Shown here: positions 1 to 9,491 of the stretch, piece after piece
Position numbering within the stretch: position 1 is the stretch's first letter
Layout: every line of letters starts with the position of its first letter
Assembly (NCBI GenBank): GCA_012512325.1
Contig: JAAZEL010000069.1
Span: 1,303 to 65,302, forward strand
DNA: 64,000 nucleotides
Direction: 5' to 3'
Origin: Candidatus Fermentithermobacillaceae bacterium
GTDB taxonomy: Bacteria; Bacillota; Sulfobacillia; Fermentithermobacillales; Fermentithermobacillaceae
Translations under genes and position numbers: made by a program
The notes under the pieces: model-generated
Told to the model about the DNA's origin: nothing
Databases searched by the model: none
What the model saw: the letters and a program-made list of their open reading frames with translations, nothing else

Positions 1-279
1 GCTTGTACCGTGTTTGGCCACCCCGGACGCCGTCATCACGGGTGACACCGCCGCTATGCCGGGAATATCCTGCAGGATCTCATCCAGCTGGCTTTGGGTG
101 AGCACCCTGTCGGGCCCCCTGCCCCTGATTGACACAGTGATGAGGTATGTGCCCAAGGACTCGATTTCGCCGGTCACTTCGTTTTGGGCACCTTCGCCGA
201 TAGCTACCACCCCTATGACGGCGGCGATACCGATGGTAACGCCCAGAATGGTGAGGGCCGAGCGCAACTTGTTGGCCAT
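1..279 (-). CDS. ABC transporter permease, FtsX/MacB-like (5'-partial in window; N-terminus at 279)
   Basis: Reverse-complement of 1-279 reads MANKLRSALTILGVTIGIAAVIGVVAIGEGAQNEVTGEIESLGTYLITVSIRGRGPD..., a typical FtsX/MacB-type permease N-terminus with TM1. A GGATTAGGGG RBS precedes ATG(279..277). The gene runs off the window edge, so it is absent from the ORF track. Confidence 0.6.
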   Translation of the reverse strand, partial: MANKLRSALTILGVTIGIAAVIGVVAIGEGAQNEVTGEIESLGTYLITVSIRGRGPDRVLTQSQLDEILQDIPGIAAVSPVMTASGVAKHGTS

Positions 280-373
280 TACGGCCCCTAATCCTATTCT
301 CAAGGCAGTGAAGAAATCCATTACCCCTGCATCCTTTCGCCGTCTTAGGTTGTAGCAGTCACGTCGCCGGCGC

Positions 374-2020
374 TCATGGGAGCCTGAGCCTCACGTTTCC
401 CGAGCCGAAAGGCCAGGAGCTCCCGGAAAATATGAGCACCGTGTCTCCTTCTTGGAGCCCGCTGAGGATTTCGGCGCTGTTGGAACTGATAAGCCCGACC
501 TCTACCGGTACAGGTTCGGCGCCGGTAAGCGCTTTGCGTGCTGCAGCCGGAGCCAAACGGCCGGATTCCAGGTCGCTTTCAGACAGGCCGGATACAACCC
601 ATACGATATAACCGCCGTTTTTGGATTGGAGCGCTTCGATGGGCAGAACCAGCACATCGCTTTTTGAATCAGTGGTAATAACCACGTCGCAAGACATTCC
701 GGAGAGCAGATGGCCGTCCGATTCCACAAGTATCTTGGTGTCGAAGGTTGCTATGCCCCCGGTAGGTTTTCCCTCAAAGCTTATGCTAGTGACAGTTCCC
801 GGAAATTCCTTTCCAGGCACGGCATCCGCAGTGATTACCGCGGTCTGGCCGGGCCTGACTTTGCCTGCGTCAATCTCATCCACAGGGATCGTGACCTCCA
901 TCAGGCTAAGATCCCCAACCACAACTATCACTGAGCCGGCAGACACCTTGTCACCTTGCTGCACGCGGACATCCAGCACGGTGCAGTCTTCAGGCGCTCT
1001 TACAGTTTGGGCTTCCAGGGTGTCTTCCAGGGACGCCAGCCGATTCCGGGCATGCCTCAGCTTAAGGGTATTGGTCTCTACTTGCGCCTCAAGGGATGCG
1101 TTTTCAAGCCTGGCGATTATGTCACCCTCTTGGACCCGGTTACCTTCGGCAACCGGAACTGCGACTACTTTGCCTGAAGCCTTGGCGGTTACTTCGTAGA
1201 CCACATGTGAGATCTGGTTTTCCTCGTGGTACGACTTGACCGTACCTTCAGGGGTGTCTACTTCAACGACCACTGACATCCCGGGCATGAGGGCTCCGAG
1301 GTTTTCTATTTCCACGGTGGCTGAATACAGCACCACACCGCCTTCCCTTGCCTGTCCCGCCTGACTGACGTGGGTCACTCTACCTGGAACCGTGCTCAGC
1401 AGGTCCTCGAAGAAAACCCTGGCTTCCTGGCCCCTCGCTATTCCTTCCGCCTGGGCCTTGTTGAAGTAAGCCTTAACTTCCATGTGGGGAGCCGTAATGG
1501 TGCATATGTGGGCGCCCTCAATTACCGATTGGCCTTCCTTTACCGACAGGCGTGTTACGGCGCCTTCCCATTGGTTCCTGACTGTAAGGGAGGCGTATTT
1601 GTCTTGCAAGTCAGAAAGGGTGGCCTCTATCTGCCTGAGCTCAACGGTTGCGTCGTCGATGCTCAGGAGAATATCATCGGTTTCCAGTTGTGCGAGCACC
1701 TGTCCCTCTTGAACATCCTGCCCGGGGGCTACAAACACCCCTGTCACCTCTCCGCCGTACTTCGACGACAGCTCCCAGTGTCGGTGAGGTCTTACCGTAC
1801 CTGTCCCGGTGACGGTGACATCAATGGAACCCCGGGTAACCCTTGCCAGGCGGAAGCCTTGCCCTTGGGTTGTTGCCAGGATGCGTTGCCTGAGGGCAAT
1901 CCCCCTCCAGGCCAGGAATCCCAGAACCAGGATCAACAAAATCCAAAGCTTGCGACGGCCGGAAAAGGCCTCCTTGATTGTGTCCCAAAAGCTTGATCTG
2001 TGCTTGGATGTAGGTTCCAT
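374..2020 (-). CDS. efflux transporter periplasmic adaptor subunit (HlyD/MFP family)
   Basis: 548 aa with an N-terminal TM anchor (LWILLILVLGFLAW), a long coiled-coil/lipoyl-like central region and a beta-barrel C-terminus. It sits directly upstream of the MacB-like permease on the same strand. Confidence 0.8.
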   Translation of the reverse strand: MEPTSKHRSSFWDTIKEAFSGRRKLWILLILVLGFLAWRGIALRQRILATTQGQGFRLARVTRGSIDVTVTGTGTVRPHRHWELSSKYGGEVTGVFVAPGQDVQEGQVLAQLETDDILLSIDDATVELRQIEATLSDLQDKYASLTVRNQWEGAVTRLSVKEGQSVIEGAHICTITAPHMEVKAYFNKAQAEGIARGQEARVFFEDLLSTVPGRVTHVSQAGQAREGGVVLYSATVEIENLGALMPGMSVVVEVDTPEGTVKSYHEENQISHVVYEVTAKASGKVVAVPVAEGNRVQEGDIIARLENASLEAQVETNTLKLRHARNRLASLEDTLEAQTVRAPEDCTVLDVRVQQGDKVSAGSVIVVVGDLSLMEVTIPVDEIDAGKVRPGQTAVITADAVPGKEFPGTVTSISFEGKPTGGIATFDTKILVESDGHLLSGMSCDVVITTDSKSDVLVLPIEALQSKNGGYIVWVVSGLSESDLESGRLAPAAARKALTGAEPVPVEVGLISSNSAEILSGLQEGDTVLIFSGSSWPFGSGNVRLRLP

Positions 2021-2387
2021 GTTAACACCTCACCGGTTCATTCGGATGTCAGCTGGTTTATGCTCATTTGACCGGGATGGAAAGCCCGGCATCCACTAGT
2101 ATATTCTATCATCCGCGCCCAATCTCTCAACGCGTCCCGACGAGCGTCCAGCAACCGCCTCAACCGCGCGTTGTCCGTGGAGGACCGATTTGTGATGAAT
2201 CGCGTTGACAATTCTGGGGATAAGTGCCAGGCCCTGTGGATAAATTTGGAATGGCGCCCGCCCGAAATGGTAAAATTTGCAACGGAGACGGAAGCCGGAA
2301 TACCAAGGCCCTCGCTGTTGTTGTAAGATAGAGTTAGGTAGGGGAGATAAAACGGCCTGGGAAACTGGTACGAGGAGCGGACACCTT

Positions 2388-3950
2388 ATGGACAAAGTCG
2401 CCGATGGTATTATTCAGAGCATCGCTTATTACATAGGGCAGGATCCTGTGAGGATGCACATGCCCGGGCACAAGGGGCGCCTCAGGCGGAAACAGGGCGA
2501 AGGCCGGCCCCAAGGCGGGGATGAGGCCGCTTCGCACATGTCAGGCCTGGTACTGGATGCGTTAGACGCCGTCAAACCCCTGGATGTTACCGAAGTACCG
2601 GGATTGGACAATCTCCACTATCCAAGCGGCCCGATCAAAGCCGTGCAGGATGCCATGGCGGACACCTTCGGCACTGCGGCTACTTACTGCCTGATCAACG
2701 GGGCCACTGCCGGGATACTTGCATCCCTCATAGCTGTGAGGATGACCATGGGGCCCGGTATGGTGGTAGTTCCCCGGAATGCCCACCGCTCAATAATCTC
2801 AGGGCTTATCCTGTCAGGTTTGGAACCCTTGTTCGTTTATCCTGAATATGACAGCCGTTTTGGCGGATATCTGCCTCTTAAGGTTTCCGACGTACAAGCC
2901 CAACTTGAAAAGGCTGCCTCCGAGGGACGGCGGGATATGGCCGGAGAGGGAAGGTTATGCGGCGTGGTGGTGGTAAACCCCACTTTTACAGGGGTGTGCA
3001 GGGACATTACTGAAATATGCGAGTACGCCGACGGATTGGGTGTTCCCGTGATTGTGGATGAGGCCCATGGAACCTTGTTTGCCTTGTCAGAGAGACTGCC
3101 TCGTTCAGCCATTGAAGCAGGAGCCGCCCTTGTGGTCCACGGTGTCCACAAGACCACAGAAGCTCTTACACAAACGGGCCTGCTCCATGTGACTCCCAAG
3201 TGCGTCGCGAGCTTTCCGGCGCTGGCTGTCAATGTGGCAGAAGCCCTGAGGCTGGTTCAGTCTACCTCACCTTCGTACATACTGCTTGCATCTTTGGAAA
3301 GGGCAATACGAAGTCACAAACATGATGAAACCTGGGTTGAATCAATGATACAATCAGCACACCTGATCAAGGGTGCATTATCCGGGTTCAGGGGAATCAG
3401 CGTAAGGGTTCCCCAAGGGGCGGGCTGGGACCCTGTAAAGATCTTGGTTGACGTATCCGGGTTGGGTTTGTCCGGACCACGGGTCCAGGAGTTGCTGTGG
3501 GATGAGGCAAGGGTTGTCCCGGAAATGGCCGGCCCGGACCACGTCTTGTTGATGGTCACAGGAGCCGATACTTCAGACAGTGTGGAAAAGCTGGTTAAGG
3601 CGTTCCGCCGCATATCAGACGGGTGCTTGGGACTGGAACGGCCTGGCAGTGCAGGTTTGTGCAGCGAGTTGCTTACCCGCGAACCGCCAAGGGCGGAGAG
3701 GGCGATGCCTCTCTCTCGGGCGTTTTACTCCGGAAGCAAGGATTACTCTCTCGAAGAATCGGTGGGCAGGGTGAGTTGCGATACGGTGATGATCTATCCG
3801 CCGGGGTCTCCTGTGGTGGTTCCGGGAGAGAAGATAACCGCAGAAATAGCCGGGTATCTCCGGGCAGCGGTAGAGTGTGGCCTCCAAGTGCTGGGACGCG
3901 GGTACGCCTGCGGTGGGGAGGAGTTGAGAGTGTTTTGCCTGGAACAATAG
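2388..3950 (+). CDS. Orn/Lys/Arg decarboxylase family protein (YaaO-like)
   Basis: HMPGHKG motif near the N-terminus, a hallmark of B. subtilis-type YaaO/SpeA-like PLP decarboxylases. The gene precedes tmk as yaaO does in B. subtilis. Start taken at MDKVADG (AGGAG RBS); the ORF track extends to 2277. Confidence 0.75.
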   Translation: MDKVADGIIQSIAYYIGQDPVRMHMPGHKGRLRRKQGEGRPQGGDEAASHMSGLVLDALDAVKPLDVTEVPGLDNLHYPSGPIKAVQDAMADTFGTAATYCLINGATAGILASLIAVRMTMGPGMVVVPRNAHRSIISGLILSGLEPLFVYPEYDSRFGGYLPLKVSDVQAQLEKAASEGRRDMAGEGRLCGVVVVNPTFTGVCRDITEICEYADGLGVPVIVDEAHGTLFALSERLPRSAIEAGAALVVHGVHKTTEALTQTGLLHVTPKCVASFPALAVNVAEALRLVQSTSPSYILLASLERAIRSHKHDETWVESMIQSAHLIKGALSGFRGISVRVPQGAGWDPVKILVDVSGLGLSGPRVQELLWDEARVVPEMAGPDHVLLMVTGADTSDSVEKLVKAFRRISDGCLGLERPGSAGLCSELLTREPPRAERAMPLSRAFYSGSKDYSLEESVGRVSCDTVMIYPPGSPVVVPGEKITAEIAGYLRAAVECGLQVLGRGYACGGEELRVFCLEQ

Positions 3951-4627
3951 GGACAGGGTTTCCCGGGGTATTCATAAGCCTTGAAGGATGCGACGGGTCC
4001 GGTAAGTCCACCCAGATGGCAAGGTTGTCGAGGAGGCTTGAGTCATTGGGCCTAAGCCCTGTGATAACCAGGGAGCCGGGAGGGACTCCCTTCGGGGAGA
4101 GGATCAGGCAGCTGCTCTTGGATCCGGACAGCCCTGACAGGTCCATCTTGTCCGAAACCTTGTTGTACGCTGCGGCCAGATGTGAATTTGTCTCGAAAAT
4201 CGTAAGGCCTGCTTTAGCCGAGGGGCGCATAGTCATTACTGAGAGATATGCCGATTCAACCTGGGTGTACCAAGGGTATGCAGGAGGGGTGCCCCTTTCG
4301 ACCATAGAAACCCTCAACGCAATCGCCACAGGCGGCTTGGAACCCGACCTGACTTTAGTGCTTGATATAGGTGAAGAGCGTGTTGTCAATGAGCGGCTTG
4401 CTACCAAGCGGAAAGACAAGATTGAACGCAGAAGCGGCGAGTACCATCAAAAGGTAAGGGAAGGGTACAGGCAACTTGCCAGACGGTATCCCCACCGTGT
4501 GGCATACGTAGACGGCGGTTTGGATGTACATTCCGTCGAGGCTATAATTTGGCAAGAGGTTGTCAACATTTTGTCTAAGAAGGGGTATGATCTGACTGAC
4601 GAGAAACGAGGGAGGGAAAGCCTGTGA
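3935..4627 (+). CDS. tmk: thymidylate kinase
   Basis: P-loop FISLEGCDGSGKSTQ and DRY-like ERYADS motifs. Putative TTG start overlaps the yaaO-like stop; the 5' end is uncertain (ORF track opens at 3623). Confidence 0.8.
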   Translation: MPGTIGTGFPGVFISLEGCDGSGKSTQMARLSRRLESLGLSPVITREPGGTPFGERIRQLLLDPDSPDRSILSETLLYAAARCEFVSKIVRPALAEGRIVITERYADSTWVYQGYAGGVPLSTIETLNAIATGGLEPDLTLVLDIGEERVVNERLATKRKDKIERRSGEYHQKVREGYRQLARRYPHRVAYVDGGLDVHSVEAIIWQEVVNILSKKGYDLTDEKRGRESL

Positions 4628-4950
4628 AACTGATGATTGCGGTTATCCAGGACAAGGACGTCCCCAAACTCATGGATGCCCTTGTGCGATCAGGGTTCAG
4701 CGCTACGAAACTTGCTTCTACTGGCGGCTTTCTCCGGGAAGGTAACTCCACGATCTTGATCGGGGTGGACGATGACGATATCGAAAGCGTTCTGGATATC
4801 GTCAAGAGCACCTGCAGCGCCCGTGAACAGCTTGTGACGCCCATAACTCCGGTTGGGCCTGCCGAGTCATATGTACCGTATCCGGTAGGGGTTGTGGTAG
4901 GCGGAGCCACGGTCTTTATCCTGCCGATTGAGAGGTTTGTCAAGGTTTAG
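4624..4950 (+). CDS. darA: cyclic-di-AMP receptor, PII-like protein DarA (YaaQ)
   Basis: (M)KLMIAVIQDKDVPKLMDALVRSGFSATKLASTGGFLREGNSTILIGVDD... aligns almost colinearly with B. subtilis DarA MKLIVAVVQDQD... GTG start overlaps the tmk stop. Confidence 0.85.
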   Translation: MKLMIAVIQDKDVPKLMDALVRSGFSATKLASTGGFLREGNSTILIGVDDDDIESVLDIVKSTCSAREQLVTPITPVGPAESYVPYPVGVVVGGATVFILPIERFVKV

Positions 4951-4987
4951 CAGCCCGGGAATATGGTATGAGGTGTCATGTAAACCC

Positions 4988-5917
4988 GTGGATCACGTGA
5001 AACACATTGTCAGCGGCCAAGAGGTTGCCGTCAAGATACTCAAAGCCATACTGAAATCAGGCAGGGTTGCCCACGCATACCTGCTGAAAGGCCCGGCAGG
5101 TTCGGGGAAAACCGCCTTGGCAAGGCAGTTCGCAAAGGGATTGTTGTGCCTGAATCCTGGCCCGGCGGGAAGTGGTCTTGAAGCGGGAGCCGATACAGGG
5201 CTTTCGTGCAATATGTGTGAGTCGTGCAGCAGGGTGGATAAGGGTAGCCATCCCGATTTGCTGATTATCGAAAAGGAAGGGACAAGCATCAGGATCAGTG
5301 CCTCCCACGGGATGATCATGGAAGTGCTCACACGCCCGCTTATTTCCAAGCGCAAGGTTTTCATTGTGGATGATGCTGAAGCTCTGACTGCCGAGGCGGC
5401 TAACGCATTGCTCAAACTTCTGGAAGAACCGCCTGCCTACGTCAATTTCATCCTTACCACGTCAAACGAGACGGCAATTCCCGCCACGGTGGTCTCCAGG
5501 TGTCAGGTGATCCCTCTGAGGGCCTTGCCTACCGGGGCGAAAGACGATGTTGACGTGGAAGTGCCCGTGGACGCAATATTGAGAGCTTCCCCTGTGGATC
5601 TTGCACTTGAACATTCCAAGGCAGACTCACAAGACAGGCACAGGTTCCTTGCCGCCCTGGAGCTTAGGTTTGCACAGAGGCTTTTCAGCGCGGCCATGGG
5701 TTATAATCGTGATGAAAGTGGAGAACACATGGAATGCGAGCTACACGGAGAACACGAAATGTCAGGGAAAGGCGGGGACATCGCTCTCATGGAGAACTTC
5801 CGGGTTCTTAGGGCGATCACCAGGGCCAGGCGGAGACTGGCTGCCAACACCAACCCGTTTCTCGTGTTTTGTACCCTGTTCATGGACATACAGAAGCTTA
5901 TCACAGAGGAGATCTGA
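4988..5917 (+). CDS. holB: DNA polymerase III subunit delta'
   Basis: AAA+ Walker A AYLLKGPAGSGKTALA, a CxxC zinc module (CNMCESC) and a FIVDDAEALT box. The position after tmk/darA matches B. subtilis. Start chosen at the in-frame GTG after the darA stop. Confidence 0.8.
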   Translation: MDHVKHIVSGQEVAVKILKAILKSGRVAHAYLLKGPAGSGKTALARQFAKGLLCLNPGPAGSGLEAGADTGLSCNMCESCSRVDKGSHPDLLIIEKEGTSIRISASHGMIMEVLTRPLISKRKVFIVDDAEALTAEAANALLKLLEEPPAYVNFILTTSNETAIPATVVSRCQVIPLRALPTGAKDDVDVEVPVDAILRASPVDLALEHSKADSQDRHRFLAALELRFAQRLFSAAMGYNRDESGEHMECELHGEHEMSGKGGDIALMENFRVLRAITRARRRLAANTNPFLVFCTLFMDIQKLITEEI

Positions 5918-5923
5918 GCTTGT

Positions 5924-6766
5924 ATGACAGAGACATCTCCAAGTGGGGAGAGAGATATGCCGATAGTTGCAGGAATCAGATTCAAGGAAAAAGGTAAGGT
6001 GTATTACTTCGACCCAGGCGATATACCGCTCAAACTCGGCGACAAGGTGCTGGTGGAGACCGTAAAAGGCATTGAGATGGGAACCGTGGTCATTGAGCCA
6101 AGGGATGTGCCGGAAGAAGATCTGGTTTTGCCGCTTAAGAAGGTGTTGCGTGTAGCCGGCGAAGAAGACCTGGCCGTGGCGAGGCAAAACGAGGAAAAAG
6201 CAAGTGAGGCCATGAAGATAGCAGCGGAAAAAATCGCCCAGCATGGCCTGGAAATGAGGCTGGTGGATGCGGAATACACCTTTGGCGGCTCTCGGGTTGC
6301 CATATATTTCACTGCCGACGGGAGGGTGGATTTCCGTGAACTGGTGAAAGACTTGGCTTCCGCACTGAGAACCAGGGTTGAGCTCAGGCAAATCGGAGTG
6401 CGGGATGAAGCTAAGTTCTACGGGGGCCTGGGCCCCTGCGGCAGGGAATTGTGTTGCGCCAGCTTCTTGTGTGAATTCCAGCCCGTTTCCATCAGGATGG
6501 CCAAGGAGCAGAACCTGCCACTGAATCCTTCAAAGATTTCCGGTACATGCGGCCGTCTTCTGTGCTGTTTGAGATTTGAATCGGAATGCTTGAACGCTGA
6601 AAAAGGCCAAAAGCTACCCATAGAAGCAGGTACGTACGTGATCACCCCTGCAGGTGAGGGCCAAGTTACAGGGTACAATCAGTCCACAGGACTTATCACT
6701 GTGTTGTTGGAAGACGGCACCGAATCCGAGTTCCCTGAAGAAGAAGTTGACGAGAAGAAAGAATGA
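5924..6766 (+). CDS. ricT: PSP1-domain regulatory protein RicT (YaaT)
   Basis: PSP1 C-terminal domain with Cys-rich GPCGRELCCASF...CGRLLCC; conserved position after holB. Confidence 0.8.
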   Translation: MTETSPSGERDMPIVAGIRFKEKGKVYYFDPGDIPLKLGDKVLVETVKGIEMGTVVIEPRDVPEEDLVLPLKKVLRVAGEEDLAVARQNEEKASEAMKIAAEKIAQHGLEMRLVDAEYTFGGSRVAIYFTADGRVDFRELVKDLASALRTRVELRQIGVRDEAKFYGGLGPCGRELCCASFLCEFQPVSIRMAKEQNLPLNPSKISGTCGRLLCCLRFESECLNAEKGQKLPIEAGTYVITPAGEGQVTGYNQSTGLITVLLEDGTESEFPEEEVDEKKE

Positions 6767-7509
6767 GAGATGCGGACCTTACCCAAGCGGCGGTAAATGA
6801 CAAGTTCCAGGCCGAGGGGGTTCTTTACATTTGCGGAACCCCCATAGGCAACCTGGATGATGTTTCTTTCAGGTTGATACAGGTGCTGAAACAGGTTGAT
6901 CTTATCGTCTGCGAAGATACCAGGCGGACGCGGAAGCTTCTGGCCCGTTACGATATAAGCAAGCCCCTTCTGGCCTTCCACGAACATGTTGAGAGGCAGC
7001 GCACCGGGACGGTGCTGGAACGGTTGTCCCAGGGCAAGTCAGTGGCCTTGGTTTCCGATGCGGGCATGCCCCTGATTTCGGATCCCGGTGCATACTTGGT
7101 GACACAAGCACGGGAAAGCGGGTTTAAGGTAGTCGTGGTTCCGGGCCCGTCTGCCGTAACCGCCGCTCTCGCGCTTGTGGGGTTTCCGTCATCCCGGTTT
7201 ATCTTCGCCGGCTTTCCGCCGCGCAAATCCAAGAAGAGGCAGGAATTTTTCATCCGATGGATAAAACCGCAGGTTCCTGCAGTGTTTTTTGAGTCGCCCC
7301 ACAGGTTGGTCAAGGCCCTCCATGACCTTATGGCGGCTTTTCCTTCGGTTCAGGTGGGTCTGTGCCACGAAATGACCAAGGCCTACGAGAGCGCAATCGT
7401 GGGCCCGATAAAGGATGTCTATGAAAACCTCAAAGATTCGGATGTAAAGGGCGAGTGGGTAGTGGTGGCATATCTCGAGTCACCTGAAGATCCGGAAGAG
7501 GCGGGTTAA
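6763..7509 (+). CDS. rsmI: 16S rRNA (cytidine1402-2'-O)-methyltransferase RsmI (YabC)
   Basis: LYICGTPIGNLDDVSFR...VDLIVCEDTRRT tetrapyrrole-methylase-fold signature; ATGA overlap with the ricT stop. Confidence 0.85.
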   Translation: MRDADLTQAAVNDKFQAEGVLYICGTPIGNLDDVSFRLIQVLKQVDLIVCEDTRRTRKLLARYDISKPLLAFHEHVERQRTGTVLERLSQGKSVALVSDAGMPLISDPGAYLVTQARESGFKVVVVPGPSAVTAALALVGFPSSRFIFAGFPPRKSKKRQEFFIRWIKPQVPAVFFESPHRLVKALHDLMAAFPSVQVGLCHEMTKAYESAIVGPIKDVYENLKDSDVKGEWVVVAYLESPEDPEEAG

Positions 7510-7571
7510 CCCCGCCTCTTCCCATTCACATAGCTAATTGTTATCTCTTGCTATGTAAACCTCTTGCCGCC

Positions 7572-7823
7572 TCATGACCGCATGGCTGCGAGCTCCCCCA
7601 GGCAATTCTGACAAACCCGCTTACCTTTGTATATTTCGACTCCGGCCGCGTTTCCGCAGAATACACAAGCGGGTTCGTATTTCTTGAGGATGATGCTCTC
7701 GCCGTCGACATAAATCTCCAAAGAATCGTTTTCGCCGATGTCGAGGGTGCGACGAAGCTCGATTGGGATAACGACCCTTCCCAGTTCATCCACCTTCCTG
7801 ACTACACCGGTTGATTTCATCAT
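7572..7823 (-). CDS. abrB: AbrB-family transition-state regulator; N-domain nearly identical to B. subtilis AbrB, C-terminal Cys4 zinc ribbon
   Basis: MMKSTGVVRKVDELGRVVIPIELRRTLDIGENDSLEIYVDGESIILKKYEP matches the B. subtilis AbrB N-domain. The C-terminus reads ACVFCGNAAGVEIYKGKRVCQNCLGELAAMRS (CxxC...CxxC). AGGTGA RBS 9 nt upstream of ATG 7823. Confidence 0.85.
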   Translation of the reverse strand: MMKSTGVVRKVDELGRVVIPIELRRTLDIGENDSLEIYVDGESIILKKYEPACVFCGNAAGVEIYKGKRVCQNCLGELAAMRS

Positions 7824-7863
7824 TTTGTACATTCACCTCTCTTCCCAGCCGGTTCCTCCAATT

Positions 7864-7912
7864 TTCGACAATGTCACAAATAATAGATAGCAAAGATGCC
7901 AGAAAGCGTCAA
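7864..7912 (-). promoter_or_regulatory. putative abrB sigma-A promoter (-35 TTGACG 7912..7907, 17-nt spacer, -10 TATCTA 7889..7884) with a Spo0A box TGTCGAA (7870..7864) in the leader
   Basis: Motifs read on the minus strand upstream of abrB. A 0A box just downstream of the TSS mirrors the B. subtilis abrB arrangement. Overall the upstream region is AT-rich. Confidence 0.4.
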
Positions 7913-8227
7913 GGTATTTCATCAGAAAAATGGGTAAACACGTAAAACTTACATATTCAGACTTAAAGCGTAAGCTCAACCATAGTGAGACAGGTTGTTC
8001 CTATATTTATGAGGACAGTTCCAATTATAAACCATTACTGATATCCATTGCACAGCAAATCGCGTTATTACCGGGCTTATTTCCGGCCGCGAACTTACAT
8101 GGGCCTGTATCACCGACCTGCCACAAGAGCTTGCTTCAGGGCCCGGCTTGCCTGGAGGCGGTGATCAAGGTATAACCGTCATATGGGCCCCAAGTACAGG
8201 ATGATTTGAAGAAGGAAGGCGGTTTGA

Positions 8228-8557
8228 ATGGCTGAAACCATTACGCTGGAGGAGTTCAAGCGAGTTGATCTCAGGGTTGGAGAAGTTGTCTCGTGCGAAA
8301 GGGTAGAAGGTACTGACAGGTTGCTCAAGCTTACAGTTGACCTTGGCAATGAAACCAGGCAGCTGGTGGCAGGGATTGCCGCCCATTATGAGCCGCGGCA
8401 TCTCATTGGCGTCCAGATCGTGGTGGTGTGCAACCTGAAGCCTGCGGTGATACGAGGAATAGAATCCCAGGGAATGCTGCTTGCCGTCCAGGACGGCCAA
8501 GTGCTTGGGATACTGACACCGGAACGAAGGGTGCAAAATGGTAGCAGAGTATCGTGA
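8228..8557 (+). CDS. stand-alone tRNA-binding (EMAP/MetRS-C-terminal-like) domain protein, CsaA/YgjH-like
   Basis: VDLRVGEVVSCERVEGTDRLLKLTVDLGNETRQLVAGIAAHYEP...LKPAVIRGIESQGMLLA is the OB-fold tRNA-binding domain found at MetRS C-termini and in CsaA. It sits where metS lies in B. subtilis. Confidence 0.75.
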   Translation: MAETITLEEFKRVDLRVGEVVSCERVEGTDRLLKLTVDLGNETRQLVAGIAAHYEPRHLIGVQIVVVCNLKPAVIRGIESQGMLLAVQDGQVLGILTPERRVQNGSRVS

Positions 8558-9356
8558 AACCGGTAGGCCGGCTCCGGCGGTCTTCGACACCCATGCCCAC
8601 GTATCGGCGCGGGCGTTCGACAAAGACAGGCATGAGGTCTTGGGGCGCGCAAGAGACTTGGGGATTGTCTTCCTGGAAGTAGGTTTCAACGAAGACTCGT
8701 CAAGGAAAGCCCTTGCCCTTGCAGAGGAGGCAGGCGGCTTCTGTGCCGTGGGGATTCACCCCCACGATGCAATGGCAGACGAAAGCCTCGAAGCCAGGTG
8801 GCAATATATCGAGACCTTAGCGCTCCAATCGCCAAGGGTAAAAGCCATAGGTGAAATCGGCCTGGACTACTACCGCGAGCTGTCACCTAAGAAGGCTCAG
8901 GCGGACGCATTTGTCATGGGCCTGGACTTAGCCCGGCGCCACAGGCTCCCTGCTATCATACATCAGCGGCAATGTTCCTGGGACGTTGTCTCAATCCTGG
9001 AAAAGCACGGCTGCGACATCCCCCTTGTGTTCCATTGTTTTTCCGAAGGAATTGACTATGCCCGAAAATGCCTGGATCTCGGAGGTTACATCGGTTTGGG
9101 CGGCCCCCTTACCTACCCGAGGAACGGTTACCTCAGGGATATGCTTAAGTTCCTGCCCCCGGACAGACTATTGGTGGAAACTGACTGTCCGTGGCTTCCG
9201 CCCCAAAGTAAACGGGGCAAGAGAAACGAACCCGCGTATATCATGGAAGTAATCCAAGCCATAGCAGGGGTTTTGGGGCGGCCCCCTGCGGAGATAATGA
9301 AGCTTACCTTTGACAATGGGGTGCGGGTGTTTGCAATCGGGGAAGGTGAATGGTAA
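8538..9356 (+). CDS. tatD: TatD-family metal-dependent DNase/hydrolase (YabD)
   Basis: FDTHAHV N-terminal motif, GIHPHDA, EIGLDYY, HCFSEG, and ETDCPWLPP; GAAGGGTG RBS. Confidence 0.85.
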   Translation: MVAEYRETGRPAPAVFDTHAHVSARAFDKDRHEVLGRARDLGIVFLEVGFNEDSSRKALALAEEAGGFCAVGIHPHDAMADESLEARWQYIETLALQSPRVKAIGEIGLDYYRELSPKKAQADAFVMGLDLARRHRLPAIIHQRQCSWDVVSILEKHGCDIPLVFHCFSEGIDYARKCLDLGGYIGLGGPLTYPRNGYLRDMLKFLPPDRLLVETDCPWLPPQSKRGKRNEPAYIMEVIQAIAGVLGRPPAEIMKLTFDNGVRVFAIGEGEW

Positions 9357-9491
9357 AGTCTATCACTGTGGGTGACGATTAGGGGAAAGATCGGGTAAAC
9401 AAGAGGATATTTTCGCAAAATATTCACATAATTATGGACAAGGGGAACTTACAATATTTGGAGTAGTGGACCAACAGGAAAAGCCCATCTT

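Noticed and set aside
14-355. 113-aa + strand ORF at the window start
   Set aside because: It lies antisense to a convincing FtsX/MacB-like permease N-terminus (MANKLRSALTILGV...) that has its own RBS. The protein has no family resemblance and is a typical GC-rich spurious frame.
621-1996. Several + strand ORFs (621-1199, 1370-1996 and others) inside the HlyD-family gene
   Set aside because: They are antisense to a well-supported 548-aa adaptor protein, and their sequences are low-complexity and Pro/Ser/Arg-rich, as expected for a shadow frame.
7930-8175. 81-aa + strand ORF in the abrB upstream region
   Set aside because: It lies in AT-rich regulatory DNA with no RBS and overlaps the predicted abrB promoter and leader; it is unlikely to be coding.
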